Assembly (NCBI RefSeq): GCF_006345805.1
Contig: NC_043017.1
Coordinates: 22,878,001 to 22,942,000 of the forward strand
Direction of reading: 5' to 3'
DNA: 64,000 nt
Source of the DNA: Octopus sinensis
Taxonomy: Eukaryota
Part shown: positions 40,429 through 53,594 of the stretch, piece after piece
Layout of the letters: each line of letters opens with the position of its first letter
Numbering within the stretch: position 1 is the first letter of the stretch
Made by a program: the position numbers and the translations under genes
Notes under the pieces: generated by a model
Seen by the model: only the letters and a program-made list of their open reading frames with translations
Database searches by the model: none
What the model was told of the DNA's origin: nothing

Positions 40429-40728
40429 AATACTTATAATGGTGATACTTTAAAAAAAGGAAACTTCCCAAATTCTAACTTTCTGCTTGAGGTTTGCCTG
40501 TGATAATGCTCAAAACTTCAATGCAAGAAAGAAAATCCAAAGATGTTTGAAGAGACATCAATAAAGTGAGGTTAAACTTTGTATTTGGCACAAAGAAGAG
40601 TACTTAGTTCCTGTTTCATGGCCCAAAGCAATGATGCGGTTACAGCTACTCATTGTACAAGACTTGAAGAGTTAATATTTGACAAGGCTGCCGTTTGTCG
40701 GGCAATGTTAAGTTAATCTTTATTAAAT

Positions 40729-40948
40729 TAAGGCGGCGAGCTGGCTGAACCGTTAGCACGCCGGGCGAAATGCGTAGCCGTATTTCGTCTGCCGTTACGT
40801 TCTCAGTTCAAATTCCGCCGAGGTCGACTTTACCTTTCATCCTTTCAGGGGTCGATAAATTAAGTACCAGTTGCATACTGGGGTCGATGTAATCGACTTA
40901 ATCCGTTTGTCTGTCCTTGTTTAGCCCCTTGTGGGTAGTAAAGAAATA
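40729..40948 (+). mobile_element. SINE family B copy with 16-bp target-site duplication
   Basis: AATGTTAAGTTAATCT at 40704-40719 and 40949-40964. Confidence 0.9.
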
Positions 40949-41252
40949 AATGTTAAGTTAATCTGTTAACCAATATTTGATCAGTATTCTAGCTTAAGAG
41001 ACTGAGATTAATAATTGTTTATCAGTGGGATATTGAAATATTAGCTTTATTAAATTTTAGGAGGATTTAAGTGGATAGTCTGAAGATCATATATGTTAAA
41101 CAATAGCTTTTGAGAGATGTAGGAACCGAAACTGCAGTTTGTTTATAGCGTACCTTGTATCACACTTACTATTGTAGGATAGATTTTCTTATGAAGTTAT
41201 TAATTGAATTTTATTTCCAAATCTTTAATATTGTTGTTATTATTTGTTTCAG

Positions 41253-42760
41253 AGTGGTGCCAGTCCATTCAGCAAAGGAAAGAAAGTAGTGCCCAGCATA
41301 TAATCTTTGTACAGAAGGGAAATGAGATACATGGATATCATGTTCTTCCAAATGCCAGTCATTCTGCCCCTGTTTCTAAGCCTGTAAATGCTTCTTGCAG
41401 TGAGGGGTCTGCTGCTAGTACAGCTATTTCAGAGGTTAGCATTCCCATTCTAGGTAATACAACCGCTTCAACTTGTGCATCAAAAATCTCGCAGAGCTCA
41501 TCTGCCCCGGCAGCTCCTAAGATGCTTAGTCCCAGAATAGAATGTTCTCATTCTTTAATTAAGCATTCCACAAACAGCAATCTGACAGCTAAACAAATGG
41601 AAGCAGTTTTAAAATCTTTGAAAGATCCAATTCCAGTCGCCTCTAATTTACCCACGTCATTAGTGGATGCCTCGACTCAGTCTTCCCCTTCAGCGGACCA
41701 GTCAGAAAAGCATGCCGTTTCAGAGAATTTAAAACCAACAGACACCTCCTTGCCAGGCGAGCCACTTTTGAAAAAGCGGCGAGTTCAGGAAAATTATAAA
41801 GACGACAATGAAACTGCTGATCTTCAGAAGAGTCCTTCAGGCAGTTCTGAGAGTAGCAAACGACAATCTCCCAACAGAGCTTTACATTTAGAGCCAGAAT
41901 TTCAAGCTACTAAATATTCTGACTCAGACTGTCCCATTGTTATTCCTGACGATGACCTTGCTATACCTCTCATTCCTGTTCATGAATCCGAAGACAAGTC
42001 TTCCAAGGCTGTGTTACCGGCAGCTGCAGCTACTGCTGCTGCTGCTGTTTCTACTACACCTAAAGGTGGGTGTGGCTGCAACTGCTGTATGAACAAACAT
42101 TCCATGTGCAATGTTCAGCCAACCACACCAAAGCTCATGCATATCTCCAACCAAACCTCTTCTGTTGTACAGCTCCCTCTGTTAGCTGTGGCTAGTGTTA
42201 CTGCCAGTCCTGCTGGAGTAACCAATAGCTTTGCTTATGCCAATACTGACATGACCCCAACACTTGCCAGCATCTCTGCAAGAGCTGTGAAAGTGCACCA
42301 GCTTTCCAGTCCCCATATTGTCATGCCCGTAACATTTACTTCGTCTCCTGTATCTAACATTGCCATCTCTGACAATCCACAGTCAAGTCCAACTTTAGTT
42401 GCCTTCCCTGTCTCCCAGCCCACCATGACATTGGCCCCAGTTCAGTTGGTGCAATCTACAAGTAACAATAGTAATTCACATTTGAAAACTCCCACACCAA
42501 TGACTCTTCCGAACCAAGTAACAACCCCTAACAGCCAGATCTTTTTCCCGTCTCCCTGTACATTATTTGACGACTTAACATTTGCCACACCCAACTCTTT
42601 CTTCCGCAATACACCAAACCCCAACTTAGATCCTTCGTCTTCTCATTCTAATTTGATGTCTGACTTAAAACGTTTCAAACCCCAGCTCCTGACACAAGAT
42701 AAACCCCAAGTTTGTACTAGCAGTGCAGCTCGACGACTTAATTTAATTGAGTCTCCATAA
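41253..42760 (+). CDS. E2F8: E2F7/8 terminal coding exon (S/P/T-rich disordered C-terminus ending SSAARRLNLIESP*)
   Basis: tttcag|AG acceptor in the same frame as the 518-aa ORF 41204-42760; TAA at 42758-42760. Confidence 0.9.
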
Positions 42761-43203
42761 TCTCTATTTTTGCTTCTTCTTTTTCATTTTCCATTTCTAC
42801 AGGGGATCTTGTTATGGGCTATGTTTATGTATATAAACCCCATCAGTGAAGAGTAAATGCAATATTAACTCTTTAACTGTTTGGAACATGTGATATCATA
42901 AATATCATTTTATCAGTCACTTTTATATTCTCCTTTTGCCTTGAGGTCAGCCATTAAAGAAAGAATTTCCTGGTATTTATCATTCCAGATGTCTCAAAAG
43001 AATGAAGTATATCCAAAGTTAATTTATATTTTTTTATTACCTAATAATATTTTATTTGAATGTTATAATCTACTGCCAAGCTGCTTTCTAAAAGACCTTT
43101 TAGCTGGGATTTTAAAAAATGTGAATTTAAGGAGTATTTTCTTCAGCAATTCTTACAATATTTGCTACCACTGTCCTCAGTCAGACAGGTGCAATACTTA
43201 TAT

Positions 43204-43241
<38 letters not shown>

Positions 43242-44258
43242 AGTTACTTTTAAATTGTTGGCCAATGAAAGGAAATAACTGTCTTGTATTCCTGTTCAGC
43301 TGAGCACTTTACACTGTTGTTACTGCTGAGCAGTGTTCTGTAATTAAGGTTATGATGCTAAAGTTAACAGCGAAATGTGGGTTGTTTTCTAAAAGTTGTA
43401 TGCACCAGATAATTAGTGTCATCACTTTAAATTTACTGTTGAGTTAGATTGACTTAGTGTAGTAGATGTGTTCTGGTTTCTCAAATCTAACTTGCAGATT
43501 ATATATACCCCCATATAGACTGTGATAAGTCGCCTCATATTGAGGTTATTCTCCCTCCTGCTGATTTTAATCATTCTACATATATTTCGTTGAGTATTAA
43601 TGACCGTAGGTTGTTCCAAAGATAATTTCCAAACTGAAACAATAACGATATATTTTAAAGATCTCAGTCACTAAATGCAATTTTTTTTTTTTTTTCTTTA
43701 CGGTACCAAGAGAAATTTTCAATTCTCTGACTAAATATACTCAACGGTTTTGTGAACAGTAGAGCTCTTCAAGGGGATACAACTCTTCATTAATGATACT
43801 ATAGGTGTTACCTCCCTTGTAATGTCCACGTTGCACATCGCTCTTTGCCATTATCATCATCGTCATCTTCAATTTATTATTCCATTTTTCTTTTCACCAG
43901 TTCGCTTTTGTCGTTAATTCCGCCCCCTAATCCAATTTGAATATCTATCTTGCCGTTTCCCCAGAGAAGTAATTTCACAAAGACATATATTTTTAAGCAT
44001 CTTCTGTTCTGTTAAGGCAACCAAATCAATCAGTATTTATTTATAAGAGATATTTTTATATAAAATATTGTTACCCACTATTTTTTTTTTTTTCCTTCCC
44101 CTTTACTATCCAGAACGTGGTTAAATGCGGAGATCGCATCCACCCTTTACTTGTTTGTGGATTTTCTGACATGTTCTTTGTGATAACAAACTCGTTTTAA
44201 TTCTCTTTTTTCAAAAGAGTCTTATAGTCAAACAGCTTGCACAAGATCTAGATGTGTG

Positions 44259-44290
<32 letters not shown>

Positions 44291-44728
44291 CTCAAATCAT
44301 TTCAAAAGATCCATTTGTATACATTCCCCCCTCCTCTCCCTTCCCTTCATTAACCTAAAGAGAACTATTATTTTTTTACACCCATCTCCATTAAAAAGTA
44401 TCACTGATGGTTGGTTCCAGCCAAAAGTGTTTCTGTATCTTGCATTAAGTTGACTTAAGAGATTCTGTGATAAGGGAAAAATTTAAACATATAGATGTGT
44501 TACATAAATATGTATAATATATATATATACATATTATGCATATATGAATATATATATCCATCTTGTTTTGTCTACTTCATATTTGTGATGTCAACTCCTC
44601 ATTTTCACTGATACTCATGCAATTATTTATAAATATAGCAGCAAATTCTTTTTTAAAAAATCAAATTCAAAAAACTATATTTTATTTTAATAAATTCTAT
44701 GCTGCAAAATTTTGTGAATTCTTATTGA

Positions 44729-44734
44729 AATAAA
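44729..44734 (+). terminator. Candidate polyadenylation signal of E2F7/8
   Basis: AATAAA followed by a long U/GU-rich tract (44746-44800), about 2 kb after the stop codon, where TE-free sequence ends. Confidence 0.5.
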
Positions 44735-45075
44735 ATACATCAACTTTATTTTCTTTTGTTGTTTTTCTTTTCCTTTGCTTCGGTGTGTAGGTGTGTTTCA
44801 TGAAAGCTTCAAGGGTTGTGTAGTAGCAAGTTTCCGTTTCTACTGCTACATAAGAGTAGGATATTGTATCTTACATCTTTTATTTTTTAGTAAGTGTTAC
44901 ATGCTGGGGCTCTGCTTTGTAGAATTTTTAGTTGAATGAATTGCTCCCAGTACATTTTGCTTTTTTTTTTTTTTTCTAAGCTTGGTTCTTATTCTATCAG
45001 TTGTTTTGCTGAACTGCTAAGTTACATGGACGTTAACACACCAACACTTGTTGCCAAGCAGTGGTAGGGAACAAA

Positions 45076-45479
45076 CGGATCATTTCGGTTTGAACGGCAG
45101 TTTTTAACATAATTTCTAGGTAACTAAAAAATTTTAAACTTCGTATACTGGTAGAATGTGTTTATAAAACATCTTTTTCTCTTGGCTTTATTGAGAAAAT
45201 TCTATAGTTTGTAAGATATTTGTTGTTTTTTTTTCTGCAATTTCAACCAATCAGTGACGTCTATATGGTTAAAAAGCATTCTGTGCCGTATGAATATGTC
45301 CCTCATTTAAGAAACAGATTGGGTTTATTTACATTTGTGAAGAAAAAAAGATACCCTTCCCCCACCCCTAACCCTAAAAGAGATTGAAATGCTATAGATC
45401 GATTCTAGGGTCATAATTATGGGTGACAATTTCATATTACACCGCTAGAAAAAACTGCCGTTCAAACTAAAACAATCCG
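45076..45479. mobile_element. MITE with ~35-bp imperfect TIRs
   Basis: CGGAT..TTTGAACGGCAGTTTTT at left; its reverse complement at right. Confidence 0.7.
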
Positions 45480-45614
45480 AACAAAGAAATATGTGTGTCA
45501 CAGCAAAAGTGTTAAGACCAGTCCCTCAGGTGGTGCTACATAAAGGTATCCAACTGTAGAAACCTTGCTAAATCAGGTGCAGCTCTGGTCCAACCCATAT
45601 ATCTTTAATATACT

Positions 45615-45983
45615 CTCTCTTTTACTTGTTTCAGTCATTTGACTGCGGCCATGCTGGAGCACCGCCTTTAATCGAGCAACTCGACCCCGGGACTTATTCT
45701 TTGTAAGCCCAGTACTTACTCTATCGGTCCCTTTTTCCGAACTGCTAAGTGACGGGGACATAAACACACCAGCATCGGTTGTCAAGCAATATTAGGGGGG
45801 ACAAACACATACCACACATATATATACGACAGGCTTCTTTTAGTTTCCGTCTACAAATCCCTCACAAGCATTGGTCGGCCCCGGGCTATAGCAGAAGACA
45901 CTTGCCCAAGATGCCCGCAGTGGGACTGAACCGGAACCATGTGGTTGGTTAGCAAGCTACTTACCACACAGCCACTCCTGCGC
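45615..45983 (-). mobile_element. SINE family A copy
   Basis: Same family, with several single-base deletions. Confidence 0.88.
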
Positions 45984-46583
45984 CTATATATTAAAGATAA
46001 AAAAGGAAGACGGAATGTACCGACATAAAAATTTATATTACCACGACATTGTTTCATCTTCAACATGCACTGCTCCCTTCTTAGCGTGGGACAATGCAAT
46101 AACATCAGATGCAACTCCCAGTGCATAGAAAATCCTCAAGTGGGATATATTTGTGTCTGTGTTTGTCCCCCCACCATCACCGCTTGACAACCAGTGTTGG
46201 TGTTTTTACGTCCGTGTAACCTGGCCGTTTGACAAAACGGACGATAGAATAAGTACTAGACTTTAAAGGGAATAAAAAGGTACCGGAGTTGATTCGTTCA
46301 AGTATAAATTTTTCAAGGTGGTGCCCCAGCATGGCCACAAGTCTACTGTCTGATCTAAGTGAAAGATAAATAAAAAAAAAAGTTGTGCTTGAATATGGCT
46401 GTAGCGAAGTAAGCTAAACACGTAAATATACAAATGGATAAACAAATATAACCGAGTATGTTTATTCAAAGTGTAACGTTGTATAGGTTTGCTTAATGTT
46501 AGCAAGGATTTCTTTGTCATTCTTTGAGATAACATTTTAGTAAAAGTCCTTCATAGACAAAAATATTTTACTCATATAGGTAT

Positions 46584-46935
46584 TGGAGTGGCTCTGTGTT
46601 AAGTAGCTTGTTTACCAACCACATGGTTCCGGGTTCAGTCCCACTGCATGGCACCTTGGGCAAGTGTCTCCTACTATAGCCTCGGGCCGACCAAAGCCTT
46701 GTGAGTGGATTTGGTAGATGGAAACTGAAAGAATCCCGTCGTATATATATATGTGTGTGTTGTGTTTGTACCCCCCCCCCAACATCGCTTGACAACCGAT
46801 GCTGGTGTGTTTACGTCCCCGAAACTTAGCAGTTCGGCAAAAGAGACCGATAGAATAAGTCCTGGGGTCGATTTCCTCGACTAAAGGTGTTGCTCCAGCA
46901 TGACCACAGTCAGATGACTGAAACAAGTAAATGAG
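46584..46935 (+). mobile_element. SINE family A copy
   Basis: Same family. Confidence 0.88.
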
Positions 46936-47691
46936 TATATCTTCCTGGTTGAATCTCCTTATCATGCCCTCACTCACTCCCCCCACCCCATGTTTTTCTC
47001 TCTCCAACTTTTGAAATCTATTCTTCCTGTTTTTCTCTCACGCTACACTGAATAAGAAAAACAACATACCATATCACAATTACATACATGTGAATCAGGG
47101 TTGCCACTCCTCAAAAAATAAAACACCCAGATTATTTGCTGCAGAAAAGCTCGATGTTAGAAAATAGGTATATAATTGATAATTCAATGATAAAATATGG
47201 TTACATGACAAAATGAATACAGAATTTAATACTTTATATCATATGGCAACTAATTGTCAATTTCATACACATCCACATCTTCATTCACTCCTTCAATGGT
47301 GCTAGACTCATTTTCTTCATTTTTGAAGTTCAGTCTACTCGTATATCTACGATGGCAAGACCTATCCACTGCATCTTTGATAAGTATAGCATTCAGCTCC
47401 CAAGAAATGCATGACTCACCCTTTTTTGTAATTGCTTGTTCAGCAGGCGACGATTGGTGATTGTTTCGGCCTTCAACCTATTAGTGAACCTTGTGCAATT
47501 TACTTGGGAAAATATGCGCTTCACGCACGCTGATGAATGAGGTACTTAGGAAAATATGCGCTTCACGCACACTGATAAATTAGTCATGAATTGTGACAGC
47601 CTCTCAAATTTAGAGTGGTCAAATCCGTCTTTAAGATTGCGTATGGAATACCAGAATTCAGGGATGCTTTTTGAGGAAACAGGAATATTTT

Positions 47692-47873
47692 TACGACGTA
47701 TATTTTGCCATTTAAATATGGCTACCCCTAAGGTGGATGCTACTGTAGTTTGTAGCCCCAGGAGGATACCTCCTCCGCTGGCTAATAGACACACTTTCTG
47801 TGCCCTATCAGTATTTGCAAAGAGAAGCCATCCTCCCCGTCTTCAACTTATGATAAACATAGACTCGAGTTTC
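47692..47873 (-). mobile_element. Structured repeat copy B, inserted in the hAT transposase
   Basis: Reverse complement aligns with 58376-58551. Removing it restores ..RLFRQYS-KNIPVSSKSIPEFW.. of the transposase. Confidence 0.55.
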
Positions 47874-48493
47874 TGAATATTGCCGAAATAATCTCTACTC
47901 ATCGTCTAGTTCATCAAGTGTGTTTGCTGGAAAGGGAATTATCGACTGAGGAGAGTTAATGAGATCGTACGCTACTTTTGGATCAAGTATTTCTAAGAGG
48001 CCAAATACTCCAGCTTCATCGAGAGGAAAGAGCATGATTCTATTAAAAAAAATTTGCAATCGGTTTTGTATCTAGCTGAGTGACCAACGATGGGGTTTTG
48101 TTCATCTTTGTGATTTGTTGTGCTATTGATATCAATATCTAATAATTTAGATACAGTTAAAACATCCTCTTTTATAAAGCAACTAAGGATACTTTTATAT
48201 TCACTGGATACAGTTGCAGTCGAAAGTGTTCCATGTGCTTCGTCCCTTTGTTAATCATTGTTTCAGAGATCCTTTTTGCTCCGTCCACTTTTTCTGCTTT
48301 AGCTTCTGACTGAAAATAAAGTACAAGGAGTATCCCACGGTTCTGTTATAATGTTAATCACATTTTCACGTGACAACGATCTTGTTTGCGAAAGCTTTGG
48401 AATTTTGTTTTCTTTTGTGCCAACAACACTATCATATTGAAGTCATTTTGACGTTTGCTACTTCGAGAAAAGAAAGAAATTAAGTCCTTTATG

Positions 48494-48991
48494 AAACCGA
48501 GCTTCCGGAATTTTCTTTTTCTTCAGCAGATTCCTAGGTTTTCGATGACGGAGATTCCGAATATGCAAAAAAAAAATCACGTTTTCAAAAATTTTAATTC
48601 ACACTTCCCACCCCTGCCTTAATTTTAAACTTTTTTCAAATATTTTTTTTTCAGTCTACGGGGAAAAATACGGAGAGTAACAATATGGCAAACAAAACAT
48701 TAATTAATTTCAAATATTATATGAAAAACTCCAAATTTAAATCACACACCCCTCGCCACTCAGCCGTTCATTTTCAGTGAGCTGTAGAGATTGTTGTGCA
48801 CGTATTTTTCCACGTAGATTGAAAAAAAAAAAAAAAAAAATTCAAAAAAGTTACAAATTAAAAAAACTGGGCGGGTGGGAGAAGGAATTCGAAATTTCGA
48901 AAACGTGATTTTTTGCATATTCGGAATCTCCGTCATCGAAAACCTAGGAATCCGATGAGAAAGAAAAAAAAAAAATCCGAAAGCACGGTTT
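48494..48991. mobile_element. Fold-back MITE with ~200-bp inverted arms
   Basis: GATTCCTAGGTTTTCGATGACGGAGATTCCGAATATGCAAAA occurs inverted at both ends. Confidence 0.8.
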
Positions 48992-49502
48992 TTTTTTTTT
49001 TTTTTTTGTGGGATGCGGGTGGGGGTGACTCGTACAGCCTCACCGTGCAAACGAATAGAAAACACAGCCTATTGTAAATAGTCGGAATATTGTTTCAGAA
49101 TAACTTTTGAAACCCGCTCATGTTACCTATCATTGTTGAGTAATTATCGCTGGCAAATCCAAGTATGTTGCTGCTAGATACATCTTCTTTTGTAAGCGTA
49201 GACTTGTCAGCATCATACAAACCCTGAGACGAACCATTTTCTATTACAATTGCATCCAGAAGAGCATCCTTGACATTAAGCGATTGTTCGTTAAAAAAAA
49301 AAAACGATCAACTATTGCTAAGATTTGTGTTACAGATGTCCGAACTCTCATCTAGAAATGATGAAAGCTTTTGTTTCTTGAGAATTTCCAAGATTTCATT
49401 TCATTCATAATGTGCAATTCTATCTTGCTTAATGTTTTGATTTTTGTAGATTTTTAGCTATTTCACCATCGGAAAAAGCCTTTTTATAAATTTCAACTAA
49501 GG

Positions 49503-49893
49503 TGCAGGAGTGGCTGTGTGGTAAGTAGTTTGCTTACCAACCACATGGTTCCGGGTTCAGTCCCACTGCGTAGCACCTTGGGCAAGTGTCTTCTTCTATA
49601 GCCTCGGGCCGACCAATGCCTTGTGAGTGGATTTGGTAGACGGACACTGAAAGAAGCCTGTCGTATATATGTATATATATATAAATATGTATGTGTGTGT
49701 CTGTGTTTGTTCCCCCAACATCGCTTGACAACTATTGGTGGTGTGTTTACGTCCCCGTTACTTAGCGGTTCGGCAAAAGAGACCGATAGAGTAAGTACTA
49801 GGCTTACAAAGAATAAGTCCTGGGGTTGATTTCCTCAACTAAAGGCGGTGCTCCAGCATGGCCGCAGTCAAATGACTGAAACAAGTAAAAGAG
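49503..49893 (+). mobile_element. SINE family A copy nested in the hAT element
   Basis: Full-length family sequence interrupting transposase remnants. Confidence 0.88.
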
Positions 49894-51529
49894 TAAGAGT
49901 AAGTAATTTATATTGTACGTGATGTTCAGCAACATGACCTGTTAGTAGCAAGTCTGCCATAGCTACTTTTTCATTTAATGTATCATCTGTTTTTTTTAAC
50001 AATAAATAAATTTAATTTAATAGTAGATTTCGCACAATCAAAAGCTTTCTTGTGTTTGGCAGTGTTTTTATGAGCTAACAGCATTGATTTGTTAACACTT
50101 TTTAATACAACGTTGCAACAAACGCAGTAGCAGGTGTCAGGATTTGTATCATCTTGCCCTAACCAATCTTTAAGCTCAGCATCCTCCAACCACGACTGTT
50201 ATGTGTAGTTCAGATTTTTTGTAAAGGCATTGTTTCCGTTTAATTATTTACCGCTGCCACCATGTTATGTGTGTGTGTTTGAGTTCTAATGGGAAAGATA
50301 ACCAATTGAAAACCATTGTTATGTTTACGTGTTTATTTTCATTACGTGATACACGGACGACGACATTCAGCGTAGTAATACATTATATACTTTACACACA
50401 GTTGTACTGTTCACTAACAAAATAGTGCCAAGAGTGGGGATGTGGTTTGGCATATGCAAACACATACATATGAATGTGTAACAACGACTTCTTGAAATTT
50501 TGGGTGTACCACTTCCTCTTTTTTGACACACTATTGTCTGCCATTATTTCGCAAAGAGTTTACAAAACAAAAACACTCACTCGAAATGTTGTTAAACAAA
50601 CATTAAACCACGAGTAACAATCGAAGCGTACACCACCAACACAGTCAAGCTGTCAACTGGTGGTGTCAGAATTTCAGACAATTGTACAAACGGCCACCAA
50701 CGCATTGCAGCTTGCTTGTAGCTGCCCGGTATGATACAATTATAAACAAATAATGAACGCGCTCGATCGGCAATTCCATCACATACAATATTTGTATCGA
50801 TAAATTCATTACGTGAGACGATTGTGGATGATATATAGAAAGTCTACAAGGTATTAGATGAGGGGCAACTTTCGTACATTTCGAAAACGTGATTTTTTGC
50901 ATATTCGTGGATTTATTAGATACAGTTAAAATTAGATTTATTAACAAACTTATTAAAATAACAAAAATAATATATAAGAAAAAAACATTCTTCCATTGCT
51001 CTAGGGACCAATTCTGTGGGTTTTTACTCCACTCTAAACGCTTTGCAAAGTTTGTTTTTGAAAGTAATGGTTTTCTGATTGCAGCCTTCCTTTGAAATCC
51101 GACTTTGTGCAGCTTCCGGCAAACAGTTTTTGTGGAAACTGGATTCTCGAGGTGATCATTAAGCACTGCGCTAATTTTGGGAGGTGTACTTTTGTGATCC
51201 TTTCTAAATCATACAAAGAGTATGACACTGGATTCTCTTTAAAAGTTAAGTTTGCAGCCAAAACTAACTTTAAAACCCATATTTAATGTAAATTTGGAAA
51301 TTAAAACCTATAAAGGCATCATTGCTAAAAAAAAAAAAAAAAAAAACAGATCTGGGTGGAAAAATCCATTAGTAGCATCCCTGATGTGGATATGCATGCA
51401 TATTTATATTACATGGGAAAATGCGAGCAAGAGAAATAATATTCTTAAGATTATAAATCTGGAAAAGTACAGGACAAATTATAACACTTGGAAAAGTTCA
51501 GGACTGTGGTGGCCAGATAAGATATAAAA

Positions 51530-51935
51530 TAAATAATAATAATAATGAAATTATTGTATACAGTGCTCAGGTGCACCACAACTTGTCAGACAGTGCATAT
51601 AAAGTACATGCAGTAATGTAGAAATGTCTGGAAAGCGAACAATGTATGAGTCAGATACATGCTTGTGTGTGTATGGAGGGGAAAAAATCAGGTGTAGTGT
51701 TGGCGAATCTCAGGAAGCATGGAAGTTTTGAAGGATGCAGTGCTCCGACAACTAACAACTGATGCCGGCAGTTTGTTCCACGCTTCAGCAACTCTCAGCT
51801 TGAAAAAATGTTTCCTGAAGTCATGGGAGCTGTGCTGTTTTCTTACTTTGTAAATATGTCCACGGGTGTTAGATGGGTGGAGTTTGAAAAGGTGCTCAGA
51901 GTTATTGTTTGTACGATGGTTGATAAGCGATGGAC
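51530..51935 (-). mobile_element. CR1-clade LINE 3' end with (AAT)n tail
   Basis: NTRGHIYKVRKQHSSHDFRKHFF.LRVAEAWNKLP motif. Short tail fragments also at ~31020-31145(+). Confidence 0.8.
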
Positions 51936-52900
51936 TTGGTAAACACCCACAAAGTTATCAACCAAGATGTTCAACTTCTCTAGAATGTTCCTCGTGCCAT
52001 TCAGTAACAACTTTAGCTGTATGAATTGGGGCATTATCATGATGAATGATTGCGTTTCCCTCCGGAAACAGTTCCGCAACCATGGCATGAATTTGATTAG
52101 ATAAAATGCTTAGTCTGACTATTGATTCTGCCGTGATGGGAAACCATTGGACGGCTGAATTCCAAGATATAGCCCCCTAGATCATCACAGATCCTCCTCC
52201 ATGTTTAATAGTTAGAAGAAAGCAGTCTGGACCAAATGCTTCTTTTGGCTGCCTCTACACGTATACTCGGCCGGTGGTCGAAAATAAGGTAAAGGATGAC
52301 TCGTCCGAGAAAATAACATTCTTCCATTGCTCTAGGGACCAATTCTGTAAGTTTTTAACTCCACTCTAAACGCTTTGCAAAGTTTGTTTTTGAAAGTAAT
52401 GGTTTTCTGATTGCAGCCTTCCCTTGAAATCCGGCTGTGTGCAGCTTCCGGCAAACAGTTTTTATGGAAACTGGGTTCTCGAGGTGGTCATTAAGCACTG
52501 CAGTAATTTTGGGAGCTGTACTTTTGTGATCCTTTCTAACAATTCGCGTAAGAGTCCGACGGTCCCTATCTGAAAGTTTTGGTTTTCTTCTGGAGTTTTG
52601 TCTCGACGAGGAGGTTTTTCCCTATCTCAAAGTCTGCCATTTCTTTCGAGTCAATACTTCTTGATACACCAAACATTTCGGTTGCTTTCTTTACGCTAGC
52701 GCCTGCCATACGAGCACCAACAATTTGACCTCTTTGAAAGCCTGATAGATCTGTCATTTTAATGAATTTTAATTATCTTTTTCTTATGCTATCTGAAAAG
52801 GAACAGCAATTTTAGCCATGCATATTAAGCAACACTAGTAATAAAACCTATCATGGACACACTTCAATGACTTAAGTAAATCCACAAATAAATAAACAAA
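51935..52900 (-). mobile_element. Tc1-like transposon relic
   Basis: MTDLSGFQRGQIVGARMAGASV.. N-terminus plus DDE remnants. A second partial copy lies at 50980-51300. Confidence 0.85.
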
Positions 52901-53132
52901 TCTAACTACGTTAGATTTGAAATTAATATTGGAAATTAATATTGGAAAACAATATATGTGTTTGGTATAACATTACATGGAATTAGTGTAAATTTGATAG
53001 GGATCGCTTTTCCTCTTTGCCGTCACGATTTAATTAACGCTCTTGTCACGAAGACATTTTACTCTTACCCACACGATTCAATTATAGACGTTTTTTACTC
53101 TCAATTCTCATTCTCTTTTCTCTCTATACATT

Positions 53133-53182
<50 letters not shown>

Positions 53183-53344
53183 GATATATATATATATATA
53201 ATATATATATATCACCGTGACCGACCAGGCTATCAGATGCTGCTACACATCGCTGGTCACAATGCGCTTTGCATTGTTTTTAGCCTCCAAATGACGCCAC
53301 CCATCTGGCTAAGCGAGCAGGCCATATATATATATATATATATA

Positions 53345-53485
53345 TTAGGTTGTCCCAAAAGTTCGTAAACACTTGCGAAAATTGAATTTTTACTCGCCAA
53401 ATACTAACAAAAACAACAAAAATTATTCTCAAAATAAAGACCATTATTTTCCAAAACTTTCTACGAACTTTTGGGATAACCATAT
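53345..53485. mobile_element. Mariner-like MITE, second copy
   Basis: Matches 37921-38060. Confidence 0.85.
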
Positions 53486-53557
53486 ATAATATATATATTA
53501 CACCACACACACACGAGTGCGAGCGCTCGCAATACGTGTGTGTGTGTGTATATATAT

Positions 53558-53594
<37 letters not shown>

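Larger units (their letters stand above)
24130..44750 (+). other. E2F8: Gene span of atypical E2F transcription factor (E2F7/8 ortholog); CDS join(28090-28691,29710-29789,30396-30526,31741-31876,32998-33089,34723-34807,35751-35894,36040-36111,38175-38243,39616-39759,41253-42760), 1020 aa
   Basis: Eleven exons splice in frame via GT-AG introns (total 3063 nt). The protein has two E2F winged-helix DBDs ([12 protein letters not shown]; [16 protein letters not shown]), the E2F7/8 N-terminal motif TPTANLKMLSSAVSPE and a C-terminal RRL motif. E2F7 versus E2F8 cannot be separated. TSS and 3' end are estimates. Confidence 0.9.
47096..50300 (-). mobile_element. Decayed hAT transposon (Blackjack-like TIR), interrupted three times
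   Basis: End motif CAGGGTTGCCA at 47096. N-terminal CxxC..H..H finger (49983-50189), GFASDN (~49150), KLSQTR.LSRE (~48380), PHSSACVKRIFSQV dimerization motif (~47500). Confidence 0.75.

Noticed and set aside
45365-45378. CCTAACCCTAA telomere-like motif
   Set aside because: Fewer than two units and internal to a MITE.
51350-51520. Fragment SIPDVDMHAYLYYMGK..YKSGKVQD, reminiscent of accessory ORFs of ISL2EU/Kolobok-like transposons
   Set aside because: Too short and interrupted by stops to assign.
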